Below are positions 27,118 through 38,074 of a stretch of DNA of 64,000 nucleotides, in pieces. The stretch covers positions 1 through 64,000 of IMG/VR virus record IMGVR_UViG_3300020403_004398. One strand, written 5' to 3'. The translations under genes were made by a program, and so were the position numbers. This DNA is from a virus. Its lineage: Duplodnaviria; Caudoviricetes. Numbering within the stretch: the stretch's first letter is position 1; each line of letters starts with the position of its first letter. Below the pieces are notes generated by a model, which was not told the origin of the DNA, made no database searches, and saw nothing but the letters and a program-made list of their open reading frames with translations.

Positions 27118-30100
27118 ATGGCAGAACCAGCAAGAGCTTTTAAATTAGAAATAACAATAGACGATAAAACTATTGCATTCGGACCTAGAAGTATTGGCCA
27201 AGTGGGCAGGGATATATTGGCTATTAAGGTTGCTTTAGGTATTGTTCAGTCGCAAGAAGACATGCTGCAGGGAGTGGATGACCCGAATTCAGAGTCTAAT
27301 GGCGCCTCGGGTTCCCCGACTATACCACTAGATAAACAGAATTGGTTTGAGTGTGGCACAGGATTGGGTATAGACATCCTCAAGGCATCCACTTATGATA
27401 ATAGGCTGCACAATGCTTTGATTAACTTTCAAATCAAAAATCAGTTTTTAATTGTATTATATTATTTTCAAAAATATGGAGTGAAAGAATTAATAAAAGT
27501 CAGTAAGGAAAAGTTTGGCCCGCGGCCAGATGAAGGAATGCCGGACTACCGAGCCAGATCAGAAAGTGGTATGATCAAAACAATAGAATCAGCCAGAATT
27601 CTTTTTGAGTCAGAGTTTCAAAGCTTAGGAGAGGCAACTATTGCTCTATTACACGGCTGGATGCCATACACTGTAGTCAGAAACGACGGTTACAATCACA
27701 ACAATGTCTTCCGCAGTCCCGACTATGGGTCTGTGATGGTACTGGACCTGATTCCGGAAGCGCTAGGTTTGCAATTCGAGGCAGGTGATTTTGGCCAAAC
27801 TTATCAAGATCTGGTTGATGATGAGCGCCTAGTGTTATACCCCCCAGAAAATCTTCCGCGACCAATTGCATACAGCGACCCAGCAGACCTAGAGTGGTAC
27901 GAAAAACACACACCTGAAAGCTTTAAATGGACCGGCCCAGCTAGAGCAGCAGCTGATGACGACTTAACAGCAAGATATGCTTCCATACACTGGAGATACG
28001 TTAGAGGAGGCTCTTCAAGGCTCTATAGAGCGTGTCAAAAGGTAGTGCAATATTCTTTTGAGGAAGCACCAGAAAGTTTGTTAACACCCGAAGAACGCGC
28101 CGCAAACCTCGAACGGGCCTTTTATCCTGATCCTTTTGTAAACCCGGACCCCTTCATCATAAACAACACGCAGATAGGTTTTTTTGATGAGACAGAATTT
28201 TTACTAGCTCCGGATTCTGATTTGTTGCCAAATAACGATGAAGAAACAATACGGCGCCTAGAGGATATTGCCCTGACAAAAGTCTTAGACCATTATGGTA
28301 AGCCAGAAATATGGAACTTTTATAAAAATGATCGAAGCTTTAATATCGCTTATTTCTTGGATTTAAATTCAGAAGATTTCAGTTTATCTCCTAACCACTC
28401 AGGACATTACCCTATAGACATGTCATACCCAGGTGAAAAGCTTTTAGAATATGAGCATCCAAAGTACACGGAATTAGTAGCCTTATTAGAAAAATATAAA
28501 AAAATGCTAAAGGATCATCTTGATCCTGATCAAGAAGAGTGGTACGGCGAGGCGCCTGAAGTTCTGCGAGATGCCGATGATGGTAACGATCTCCTATCCT
28601 CCGGCGCGCCATATTCTGAAAGATGGTTACAGGTAAAAGAAAAACTTGAAAGAGTCGTAGAGGCTCTACAGTTTCAGCTGCCGTATTTTTTTGGGAACAA
28701 TCGGATCCAATTGCCTGGGATTGCAGATCTCTTTGAAACTCGCCGCGACGAAGTTTTGAACAGAAACATAAGATATCTTGAAGATCCTGACAAGAGATCG
28801 TTACTAGAAGCAACAGATGAAGAAAAGAAAAAAGATTTTTGGGTGCTTTCTACTGATAAACATGTAGAATCTGATCGATCTCGGGACAAAGTTGAAACCT
28901 GGCGCACTGTAGAGGATGTCCCCGGTGTCGAGCCATTGATAAAATTTATAGAATATAGAACACCTTCGTTGCGACCCGGCCAAAAGTACAGAGCGTTTTT
29001 CAAAATAAACAAAGAAAAACTAGATCTAATATCTGACGGACTAGTTTTTCCGTTGGTTGTCGAAGAAGAGGAGCCAGCTGTAGAACAGCAGACTGAGGAA
29101 TGTGCCGACCAAAACTCTGAACAATCCCTGAGAACGTACCAAGAATATCAAATTCATGCTCGTAAAAAAAGAAGAGAACTAGTAAGAAAAATTAGAAGCG
29201 AAGTGGCAAAACAAAACACCCCTGGCCAAACAAAAATTGATCTTGGAACTTACGGTCCGTTTAATATGAATGAAGCTTTTCAGCCACTCGCGGGAACTGG
29301 CCCAATGAGCGATTACGAATACACAAAAAAAGTACTCTCAACAACAGTCCAAGGAGCTGAAGCGTTGTGGGAAAGCACCTTTGGCTCGACCGAACTGGAA
29401 AGTCTAAATTCTTTAGTGGAAGAGTCTAACAATAAATTAACTTCGGACTCTCCAGAAGAAAATAAAATTGAAATATCTTTAAAAGAGTTAAAAGACAGAG
29501 TCAAGTCAGCAAGTAAAGATTTAAAAAAAGCAGCAGAAATAGTAAGAAAAGAACAGATACAATTCGCTCCAGGATCCAATTTTGATGGAGAAAATGAAGC
29601 ATCAAAGCTGAGTCAAATTCCTGATCTATTGCGTAAACTGGCAGAATCAGCTGATTCTGCTCTTGCTGCTTGGCAAGATCAAAACATCAATATCGTTTTA
29701 GAATTTAAAACAACTCGCCCACAATCAGGCGTCGCCGGCCCGAAAAACGGAAAGAAAATAACAAAATTGATTTTTCAAGCATTTGAAAAAAAGCCCTCAG
29801 AAATAAAATTTTTTGCTAAACCCAAATTGAAAAGCATTAACTCAGAGTCTCTTTTATTACGTCCTCGAACAATAAACTATTTAAACAAAATATATGAAAT
29901 GACAGGCGGTAAAGAGTGGTATAAGCGCGCCTTCAATGTGGCTAACCAAAAGTCTGTTATTAGTGAGTATTTCTTGGACCCACGCGGCTCATGTAAGGAA
30001 TTGGGAATAAACCTCGACCAAACACTTGCAAGAAGCTACGTGGCAAATTATACCTCAGGCCTCTCAGTTATTGTCCCAGACGAAGAAAATCTTGGAGAAG

Positions 30101-33100
30101 CTTTCATTACGTGGGGAGGCAAGGCCTTCGTGGATCCTGTAATCAAATACGCTCGTCAAACTAGAGATAATTTTAATGAGGGTTTAAAAGACACATATGA
30201 TGAAAAAAAGGCCCTCAGTCTTCTGGGGAAGCAGCTTGATTTAGATGAAATATATGACGGATTCATCAGTAAACTTAGTATAACATCTTTGTTGTGTGAT
30301 TACATAAAATGCATGAAGATTCCAGAGTTTGAAATAAAAGCTCCAAATCTGTATTTTCCGCCTCCGCCCCCAATACCTATTCTTGGGTGGTACGCCGGAC
30401 TGTTTAAAGCAATTAAAAACACTTGGCTAGACGCTATAAAAAGAATTATAATGACCTTTGTCAAGACTATAATTGATAAGCTTTCTTTTCCTTTTTGTGA
30501 AGATCAGCTAGCTGAATTCATCGCTGCCGGCTCCACTTCGAGTCCGCTCTTTAACCAGGCAGTAGTAGATTCTTTGATAAACACTGGTATCATGGCGAAG
30601 GATAAGGAAAAGGCAAAGACATTTTTTGACGAATCAGTTAACTTGTTAACTCCTCAAGAATTGTGCCACTTGTTCTCTGGAAAAGAAATAGATCCCGCTG
30701 GCATGTTAATGTTGCGCCAGCGTGTCGATTCTCTAGGTCTTGGGGACGATTTAGATTCTAACGAGGCTATTGAAAACTTTTTTGGAGTCATAGGTTCTTA
30801 TGTTCCTTCAAACATATGTGATGAATACTCAAGATTCTCAGATTTACCAGAGGTGGCATCTTGTGAGGAGACAACAGATCTATTGAGAGCAATTCGAAAT
30901 CGATTGCAGACAGGAGACAGTACCCTAACGGAAGAAGAAATAGAGGCAGTGATACAACAGGCAAAAGACAATTTAGAAAGCTCTAGGGCTTCTTTGCAGG
31001 CATTGACATCTGAAGACGTTTCTTCGCTGGCTCCCACAATGTATGGTATAGGGGACAAAACGGCAGCAATATCAGATTTCCCTAAGTTTCTAAAGGACGA
31101 GCTAGAAAACACAAACAAAACTGTTTTTTCTTCTGCGAAACTTTCGTATATCTCCGCTTTAAATTTTTATATTCCTGCAATGGCGATGACATTGCCCGAT
31201 GCTCCGAAAGCAGGAGATAGCTCTTACAGTGAGCATGATGTTTTGGAAATGGAATCTATTTTAGAAACCTTACAAAGGTACACTCAATTGGTAGCTTCAG
31301 AGAACCCCACAACAGATGACGGCCTGAACAGGGAAGATCTCGAAGCGGCAATAGATGAGGCAGAACGCTGGCTAGCGGCTTTTAAAGCAGGCCGAGCAGT
31401 GACAGTTACAATGCCTGATGAAAGTGGTAATATGCTGACTTCTCGAATAGAGGTTAGGATTGTTTGCCCTGACTCTAGCGGGGAAGTGCAGTTTATGACA
31501 TACAATGAACTCACGGCCGAAATGCGCTTGTTGCGTCCGGGTCGACAAGAATACCCGGATGGCGAAGTCCATGACAACCCGGTGCTCACGGATGAAACCG
31601 CGCCAATTTTTAACTCTATGCATACCGCACTGAGTACTCTGGATGCTATACCAGAGTTTCAGCAAAAACTCGCCCGCCGCACTGATATGGGCCGGCGCCT
31701 CAGGGATCTCGCCATTGCCCCCGACCCGGGCGAGATCTTTTTTCGTCGAGCGCAAGTATTGCACACTCTTTATGAAGTAACCGAACGAAAAAAAGGAGGT
31801 AATCCTGATAATTGGCATTATGTCCACAGGTTTAAGCAGGTCTCTAACAACCCAGAAGACACTACTTTAAACGGTGGTGCATTCGCGAATCCATCCGGAA
31901 CTGAATATACATACGATGAGTTTATAGAGCAAAGCCGAAACGTACGACCAGATCAGAGCTTCAATCCTAGATTGTCCGTCTTTGAAGATGCGGATAAAAG
32001 ATTTTCTTTAGTCAGGTTTTACCCCCCACTGGTCACCAGGGCCATCTCACCCGGCCGCGCGCTGAATGAAGATCGCATGGAAGAGGAACACGCTGAAGCG
32101 CTGGCACTCTTTGCAAATGTTTCAGCTGCCGGCATACCAGCCGAGGATAAATTTATTTCAGATAGATTAAACTTCCTCTCAACACGACTAACAGAAATTT
32201 TGCAAAGAAGATTAGACGCGAAAACAAGTGTTCACTTGCCAGTCGTCCGTGATATTTTTAATAGAACACTTGAACGCGCGCGCGAAAATATTAATGCAGA
32301 CGCTGACCCAGAAGGCCTTGGAATAAGAGGTAGCAATCAAATATATTTTGATTTTCAATCTGATGCATATAAGCCAAAAATGCACATGACAGAGTTTCTG
32401 GATCCAGACGGACCCCCCGGTGTTGATAAATACAAAATAACAACTCAAGAAGACTTCTTTATAGGCCACCGACAAGGCGACGCCAACGCCACTAAGACGT
32501 GGGAGTATTGCGAAAAGCTTCCGGAGGGCTTAGTGGAAAATAATTCCGAACCAGATGTTTTGCCAAAAAGAGAAGGATTTGCAAATATGGCACTAGACGC
32601 TATATCTACTGTTATACCAAACTTCCGTGCACTTAACCAATCAAGGGCAGTAAAGAGGGGATTCTACGGAGAAACCTATAAAGGCACCTTTGAAAGCGTC
32701 ATGGAAAATGTTTTGTTTTCATTAGGCTCATCACCAATGTTTGAAGAACAATACGCATCTGATATTTCAAAAAGAATTTCAGGTAAGCTCTTGAGAGATT
32801 TTAATTGCGTGACGAACAGGTATAACTTGGGCTCTGAATCTATACTTTCTTTCGAAAAAGTAATCTTGGGAGATACCATGTCGGAAGTAATGAAAATGAT
32901 GTCAAAGTCAGAAAACAACCCAGTTTTTCAAGATTTTAACTCACCGGGTCCGTATGACCAGGCACTACAAGCAATTGCTATCAAGGCACTTGTTAGATTG
33001 TGTTTGATAGATTTGTTACTCAAAGGAGGGCTTGCTTATGCAGTTTGGGACATAGAACCGGTTTTAGGTGACAGATTCTTTTTGGATTACGCCGTGACAC

Positions 33101-35688
33101 ATGTCAAGGTAGAAATTGTTAAAAGAAATATACCTTGGCGCGAAATGATTATATTGGCTATGGAAATAGAGGATCCAAATGTGGCACTTGATACTCTTGT
33201 AAGGCAAGAAATTTTAAAACTTGGAAGCTATTCTAAGCAAATTTTTCACCCACTGCGACAACAGGAGGATTGGTACAATTGGTACACAAAACAATATATT
33301 CCTAGAAAACAAGTTTCATCAAAAGTGAGCGTTGTTGGTACCCCTAACGGCGATCAGGTTGCGATATGGGAATCGGAATTAACTGTGCTTAATCGAGGCT
33401 CAACAACTGAAATAATTGCATTGCCCGATCAGGGGATCAACGATGCATACAGGGCCGCGATAGAAAAGAGAAAAGCTTTTGTTTTAGAAAAGTATGTAAG
33501 AATTCCACCAGAAATTGTTAATACATTTAGCAGTCTAGCAGATTCTGCAATTCCAGAAATAGAACTAACAGAAGATGAAGTACTTAGGACCGAAATCGGC
33601 GCCGATTGTAAAGAACTGCAGAGATTATTGCACTCTCGTTGGATCTTGAAGAATTCCTCCCGAGATGAGTTTTATGAAAATTTTGTTACAGATGATATAT
33701 ACGAAGCATTTAGCGATCGGTTCGAACTCAAGGAGCTATTCGACAGTATCGAGTGTGACGAGACATACTCAGCCTGGCACCGAGGACAAACAGTAGTAAT
33801 AAATTGTCCTGATCTCGGGGGCTTGTCAAAAGGTGCTTGGTTGGAGGCCAATGGGCACCCGACCTTACAAGAACTAAACCTAAACATCAAACAGTTGGAT
33901 CATTGCATAGACGCATATCTTAGCCAAAGGGTAGCAGAATTAACGCGCCGCGTTCACGCGCACTGCCACCGCAAGGGCTGGAGAATAGTTATAAGAATTT
34001 ATCGCGAGAATCACAACGGTCAGGCTGAACTCTGCATGCCGGCGTTTAGCGAACGGTTTCCCGCTGTACAGATACCAAGAGCTGATAGAGTGTTGCCTAT
34101 CGCGTCGACTGAAAAGGTGCCTTTGCACCTAGGTGCCGGCCCCGAAGCAAAATGGGTTGGGACAAAGAACGGCCCTAGGACAAGATATATCCCCGCTCCA
34201 GTGCGCGCCCATCGAGAAGCCCTCCGCCGGGCCGAATTAGAAGAAGAAGCAGGCCCAGACCGCGATTGGCAACATGTCCAATGGCAAACTTTGTATGAAG
34301 AGGCCATAGTTGCTCAAAACCTTGAAAGAGCAAGGAGAGAACAAATTGAGCAAGAAAACATTGAGGGTCTCGAAGATAATAGAAGAGTAGATTATATAGC
34401 TACTTACGGTCAATTTATTGCTGTGCTGAGAAGAATTAGGCAACACCTTGGATTTCCAGAAGCGCGCCGCCTACTAACAGAACACAAAGCAAAGCAAGGC
34501 GTACGCCTTGTCCATTTTGGGTTTGACACAAACTTTACAAAAACAATGTTAGAAGATGAAAGGTGGAAGGCTGCAGCACTGAACGAAAAGACCTGGCAAA
34601 TGTCTAGCCCTATCGATGAAGCAGAAAATATAGTCAACGACCCAGCGACAAGTAATAAAATCTTAGCTTGTATACCTTTTGCAAAGTTTGAAAGAGTTTT
34701 GGACTTTGAAGAATGTTATTCTGTCGGAACGTTTCATGGTCAAAATTTAACCGATGCAGATGTGTATATGGAACAAGAAATACTAAAAAAAGATGAAACA
34801 AAGTATATTTTTGAACACATATTCCCAGCAAGAAGATTTATGGCTATATCCACTGCGTTCTCTACTTCTGTTTTAAGCGGCTTTAATCAACTTCCTGGGA
34901 TTTTAGATTCCGCAAAAGTGATGACAGCCTATGCAGGGTTAATCGCAGCTTCTCCGGTAATGACTAGGGATAGGATGGTATCAGAATACCAGGATGAATT
35001 TCAAAAAAGAATGAACGAAAACTATCCTTCTGATCCTGAGTCGGTAGACTGTTTTGACTTTCCAGATTTATCATACGAGATATTCGTCAAGTTTCTTCAA
35101 GATTTGAAAAAACTTTTATCGGAGTTTCCCTCAATTTTGTTGAGAGGCCTTGCGAACAATCTAGATCCTGCATACAAGGAGATGAGAAAACACTATATGA
35201 ATTGCGACATAGAAAACCTTACCTATGACGGCTTAAAATTATCATCAGGAGCAGCCAAATTGGTTAATGGTTTGTATTTACCACGTGGAGAACAAGATAG
35301 AAAACAACAAAAAGGAAAATACGTCTCGATTTTACCCGCCGGAATTACGGATTTTGGTCAAGGTTTGTCTCACTTGTTTTATGGAGACGGAACAGTGCTA
35401 GGAGCGTACGTATTAAAAATGATCTCATATGTTTATAGTGGTACTGCTCCCTTTTTAGATCCATTAGTTGCATTTAGAGTGCCTTGCCTCGGTATAGACA
35501 GTGATAATGAGGATAATATCAAAAACTGGACAGAGAATGGCAAGTATGATTTCGGTAAATTTGGCAGATATGGACACCCACTATCGCCTTTAACGTTGCT
35601 GGCATTAGTAACTGACCAGCTAGAAAGCGATAAAAACCTAAGAGAAAATGCCTGCGTAGAGATCTTAAATGATTGTGAAGATGTTTAA
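27118..35688 (+). CDS. Giant virion-associated protein (~2860 aa) with a degenerate N-terminal peptidoglycan-binding-like domain
   Basis: Continuous ORF (track start TTG 27103). GRDILAIKVALG...YDNRLHNALINFQIKN...LGEATIALL resembles PG_binding_1 with inserts. Confidence 0.6.
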   Translation: MAEPARAFKLEITIDDKTIAFGPRSIGQVGRDILAIKVALGIVQSQEDMLQGVDDPNSESNGASGSPTIPLDKQNWFECGTGLGIDILKASTYDNRLHNALINFQIKNQFLIVLYYFQKYGVKELIKVSKEKFGPRPDEGMPDYRARSESGMIKTIESARILFESEFQSLGEATIALLHGWMPYTVVRNDGYNHNNVFRSPDYGSVMVLDLIPEALGLQFEAGDFGQTYQDLVDDERLVLYPPENLPRPIAYSDPADLEWYEKHTPESFKWTGPARAAADDDLTARYASIHWRYVRGGSSRLYRACQKVVQYSFEEAPESLLTPEERAANLERAFYPDPFVNPDPFIINNTQIGFFDETEFLLAPDSDLLPNNDEETIRRLEDIALTKVLDHYGKPEIWNFYKNDRSFNIAYFLDLNSEDFSLSPNHSGHYPIDMSYPGEKLLEYEHPKYTELVALLEKYKKMLKDHLDPDQEEWYGEAPEVLRDADDGNDLLSSGAPYSERWLQVKEKLERVVEALQFQLPYFFGNNRIQLPGIADLFETRRDEVLNRNIRYLEDPDKRSLLEATDEEKKKDFWVLSTDKHVESDRSRDKVETWRTVEDVPGVEPLIKFIEYRTPSLRPGQKYRAFFKINKEKLDLISDGLVFPLVVEEEEPAVEQQTEECADQNSEQSLRTYQEYQIHARKKRRELVRKIRSEVAKQNTPGQTKIDLGTYGPFNMNEAFQPLAGTGPMSDYEYTKKVLSTTVQGAEALWESTFGSTELESLNSLVEESNNKLTSDSPEENKIEISLKELKDRVKSASKDLKKAAEIVRKEQIQFAPGSNFDGENEASKLSQIPDLLRKLAESADSALAAWQDQNINIVLEFKTTRPQSGVAGPKNGKKITKLIFQAFEKKPSEIKFFAKPKLKSINSESLLLRPRTINYLNKIYEMTGGKEWYKRAFNVANQKSVISEYFLDPRGSCKELGINLDQTLARSYVANYTSGLSVIVPDEENLGEAFITWGGKAFVDPVIKYARQTRDNFNEGLKDTYDEKKALSLLGKQLDLDEIYDGFISKLSITSLLCDYIKCMKIPEFEIKAPNLYFPPPPPIPILGWYAGLFKAIKNTWLDAIKRIIMTFVKTIIDKLSFPFCEDQLAEFIAAGSTSSPLFNQAVVDSLINTGIMAKDKEKAKTFFDESVNLLTPQELCHLFSGKEIDPAGMLMLRQRVDSLGLGDDLDSNEAIENFFGVIGSYVPSNICDEYSRFSDLPEVASCEETTDLLRAIRNRLQTGDSTLTEEEIEAVIQQAKDNLESSRASLQALTSEDVSSLAPTMYGIGDKTAAISDFPKFLKDELENTNKTVFSSAKLSYISALNFYIPAMAMTLPDAPKAGDSSYSEHDVLEMESILETLQRYTQLVASENPTTDDGLNREDLEAAIDEAERWLAAFKAGRAVTVTMPDESGNMLTSRIEVRIVCPDSSGEVQFMTYNELTAEMRLLRPGRQEYPDGEVHDNPVLTDETAPIFNSMHTALSTLDAIPEFQQKLARRTDMGRRLRDLAIAPDPGEIFFRRAQVLHTLYEVTERKKGGNPDNWHYVHRFKQVSNNPEDTTLNGGAFANPSGTEYTYDEFIEQSRNVRPDQSFNPRLSVFEDADKRFSLVRFYPPLVTRAISPGRALNEDRMEEEHAEALALFANVSAAGIPAEDKFISDRLNFLSTRLTEILQRRLDAKTSVHLPVVRDIFNRTLERARENINADADPEGLGIRGSNQIYFDFQSDAYKPKMHMTEFLDPDGPPGVDKYKITTQEDFFIGHRQGDANATKTWEYCEKLPEGLVENNSEPDVLPKREGFANMALDAISTVIPNFRALNQSRAVKRGFYGETYKGTFESVMENVLFSLGSSPMFEEQYASDISKRISGKLLRDFNCVTNRYNLGSESILSFEKVILGDTMSEVMKMMSKSENNPVFQDFNSPGPYDQALQAIAIKALVRLCLIDLLLKGGLAYAVWDIEPVLGDRFFLDYAVTHVKVEIVKRNIPWREMIILAMEIEDPNVALDTLVRQEILKLGSYSKQIFHPLRQQEDWYNWYTKQYIPRKQVSSKVSVVGTPNGDQVAIWESELTVLNRGSTTEIIALPDQGINDAYRAAIEKRKAFVLEKYVRIPPEIVNTFSSLADSAIPEIELTEDEVLRTEIGADCKELQRLLHSRWILKNSSRDEFYENFVTDDIYEAFSDRFELKELFDSIECDETYSAWHRGQTVVINCPDLGGLSKGAWLEANGHPTLQELNLNIKQLDHCIDAYLSQRVAELTRRVHAHCHRKGWRIVIRIYRENHNGQAELCMPAFSERFPAVQIPRADRVLPIASTEKVPLHLGAGPEAKWVGTKNGPRTRYIPAPVRAHREALRRAELEEEAGPDRDWQHVQWQTLYEEAIVAQNLERARREQIEQENIEGLEDNRRVDYIATYGQFIAVLRRIRQHLGFPEARRLLTEHKAKQGVRLVHFGFDTNFTKTMLEDERWKAAALNEKTWQMSSPIDEAENIVNDPATSNKILACIPFAKFERVLDFEECYSVGTFHGQNLTDADVYMEQEILKKDETKYIFEHIFPARRFMAISTAFSTSVLSGFNQLPGILDSAKVMTAYAGLIAASPVMTRDRMVSEYQDEFQKRMNENYPSDPESVDCFDFPDLSYEIFVKFLQDLKKLLSEFPSILLRGLANNLDPAYKEMRKHYMNCDIENLTYDGLKLSSGAAKLVNGLYLPRGEQDRKQQKGKYVSILPAGITDFGQGLSHLFYGDGTVLGAYVLKMISYVYSGTAPFLDPLVAFRVPCLGIDSDNEDNIKNWTENGKYDFGKFGRYGHPLSPLTLLALVTDQLESDKNLRENACVEILNDCEDV

Positions 35689-35695
35689 AAGTGTA

Positions 35696-35702
35696 CTACT
35701 TA
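35696..35702 (+). promoter_or_regulatory. CTAHTTA motif (CTACTTA)
   Basis: Intergenic, 18 nt before the gp25-like ATG. Confidence 0.45.
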
Positions 35703-35720
35703 ATAACAGAGGGCTTCTAA

Positions 35721-36248
35721 ATGACTTTTTTAAACAAAACTATTTTTGATGATGAAAGTAGAATCATAAAAGAAAAGTGGCAGCCGAAGTTTCCTTTAAA
35801 GTACAGTGGAATCTACGGACCTTACGAGCCTATAACACAACTAGAAGAATCTCTTCAAAAGAATTTTGAGAATCTTTTAATGACTTCGCCCGGCGAATGG
35901 CCTATGAATCCTGATCTTGGCGTAGGTCTGAGAAGGTATCTTTTCGAAAGACATGGGTCACCAATGCTTGTAGGTCTGCAGGCCGCGATACAAAGGCAGT
36001 TGGATAAATATTTGCCTCACATAGATATTTTGTCTGTCGATACTGACGCAACCGAGGATGAAAAAGACAGTAATTTTGCAAAGATTACAATAAGATATTC
36101 TATTATGAAGGTTACGGTGTACGATTTTATAGCACAATTATCCCCAGTTGGGGCGTTGGCCATAACACAAGAAACGATTCAAGCTATTGCCGGTAACAGG
36201 GACCCTTTTGATGGTGTTTTCTTAGGTAGTAGTGTATTAACAATATAG
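35721..36248 (+). CDS. Baseplate wedge subunit, GPW/gp25-like
   Basis: NLLMTSPGEWPMNPDLGVGLRRYLFE...YLPHIDI...ITIRY. Confidence 0.88.
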   Translation: MTFLNKTIFDDESRIIKEKWQPKFPLKYSGIYGPYEPITQLEESLQKNFENLLMTSPGEWPMNPDLGVGLRRYLFERHGSPMLVGLQAAIQRQLDKYLPHIDILSVDTDATEDEKDSNFAKITIRYSIMKVTVYDFIAQLSPVGALAITQETIQAIAGNRDPFDGVFLGSSVLTI

Positions 36249-36262
36249 AGAGTGATATTTTT

Positions 36263-38074
36263 ATGAGTGGTGAAAGAAGAGGAGTAACAAGCACTGATTT
36301 TACGCAACTGACTTTTGAAGAGATAAAACAAAAGTTAGTAGATTATGCGCAAACGCACTATCCTGAAACATATAAAGATTTTAATGATTCAAGCTTTGGA
36401 TCAATGATGTTTGATCTGGTCTCGATGGTTAGCGAGCAGTTAAATTTTTATACCCAATTTGTCGCAAATGAAAGTTTTGTACAATATGGAAGATCTCAGT
36501 TTGCATTGTCTGCACACGAAAGGGAAAAAACTGGGAAATCTACAAGAGCAACACATGCATTGACCGCGACAGGAGACGTTAAATTTTACACTTTCGCACC
36601 AGCGGATCCAATATTGTCTTCGGTAGATTTAAGATATAAACATAAAATTCTTCGCGGCGCCAAAATTACTTCGCCCGATGGAGCAATATTCACTACAATC
36701 GAAGATGGCGTAGTTGATTTGGATCCTCAAAATCTAATAGGGACACACTTTTCAGAGGACGGAACTAGAGCAACATACTATATTTACGAAACAACAATTC
36801 CAGTGATATCTGGAGAAGATCGAGTGATGCAGGCATCTATTGGCACATATGAGAAGTTTTTAAAAATTGAAATAAGAGACCCTGCAGCGACAGAGACCTT
36901 AAAAGTAGTAGATTCAAACGGTAATGAATATTTTGAAGTAGAGCATCTAGGTCAGGATACAGTATGGAAGCCCTTGGTGGACAGAAACATCAGTAGTTCT
37001 AAAGTCTCTGCAAAGATGGTGCCTTTTCCTGTTCCTCGTCGTTTCTGCACAGAACACGAAGGCGACAAAACTTTTTTGGTATTTGGGTTTGGAAGTGAAT
37101 CTGATCTAAAAACAAAACACGTTGCAGATCCTGCGGAAATTTCAATGAAACAAACCGCGCGGCCGCATGTTGAAGAAGTGGAATTTGATTCAAGCAAGCT
37201 GCTTTCTACAGACAAGTTTGGTGTCGCCCCGCAGAATACGACTTTAACAATAGACTACAAGGCTAACACCATCGATAACTCTCACGCTGCAGCAGGCACT
37301 GTAAACTCAGTGGTTAGTTCTGAAATAGTTTTTGAGGATGAACCTAGTCTCGACGCGTCAAAAACTTCATATATACGAGCAAATATATCAACCACCAACA
37401 AAGAACCAATTAACGGCACTGAGATTATAAGCACAACACAAGAGTATGCCCAAAAGATTAGAGCTTCTCTTGGTACACAAAGCAGAGCAGTAACATTAAA
37501 GGATTACGTCGCCGCAGCATATTTGATGCCCGCAAAGTTTGGAACAATCCGAAGAGCTGCAGCGGTAAGGGATGAATTTAATTTAAACAAAAATATCAAT
37601 ATGTATATAATATCTCAGAACGCTGAAAGTAAACTGGAAACAGCAAGTTCGGCACTTAAAAGGAATCTTAAATCTCATTTAGGAAAGATCAAAATGATAT
37701 CTGATACTATAGACGTTTATGATGCGCTAATTGTAAACTTTGGACTTAAAATTGATGTCAATGTTAACAATAGAACAGATTTTGCCACAGCGCTGGCAAA
37801 GATAAGACAAAAAGTTTTCGAGGAGATAAACAATATAACACCAGAAATAGGACAAGCTTTTTCTGTGGGGGAAGTGGAAAAAATATTGAATAGCATGCCA
37901 GACATTAATAGGGTTAATAGTGTAAGAGTAGTAAATAAAATAGGATCCGGCTACTCAGATACCAGATTAGACGTTCCTTCTAATTTGTCTCCGGATGGCG
38001 GATTAGTATACTTGCCAGAAAATTGCATCTGGGAAATCAAAAATAGCCTGGATATAACAGGGATGATAAGATAA
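36263..38074 (+). CDS. Baseplate wedge subunit, T4 gp6 / baseplate J-like
   Basis: TDFTQLTFEEIKQKL, YKDFNDSSFGSMMFDL, FGFG, RAVTLKDY. Confidence 0.88.
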   Translation: MSGERRGVTSTDFTQLTFEEIKQKLVDYAQTHYPETYKDFNDSSFGSMMFDLVSMVSEQLNFYTQFVANESFVQYGRSQFALSAHEREKTGKSTRATHALTATGDVKFYTFAPADPILSSVDLRYKHKILRGAKITSPDGAIFTTIEDGVVDLDPQNLIGTHFSEDGTRATYYIYETTIPVISGEDRVMQASIGTYEKFLKIEIRDPAATETLKVVDSNGNEYFEVEHLGQDTVWKPLVDRNISSSKVSAKMVPFPVPRRFCTEHEGDKTFLVFGFGSESDLKTKHVADPAEISMKQTARPHVEEVEFDSSKLLSTDKFGVAPQNTTLTIDYKANTIDNSHAAAGTVNSVVSSEIVFEDEPSLDASKTSYIRANISTTNKEPINGTEIISTTQEYAQKIRASLGTQSRAVTLKDYVAAAYLMPAKFGTIRRAAAVRDEFNLNKNINMYIISQNAESKLETASSALKRNLKSHLGKIKMISDTIDVYDALIVNFGLKIDVNVNNRTDFATALAKIRQKVFEEINNITPEIGQAFSVGEVEKILNSMPDINRVNSVRVVNKIGSGYSDTRLDVPSNLSPDGGLVYLPENCIWEIKNSLDITGMIR

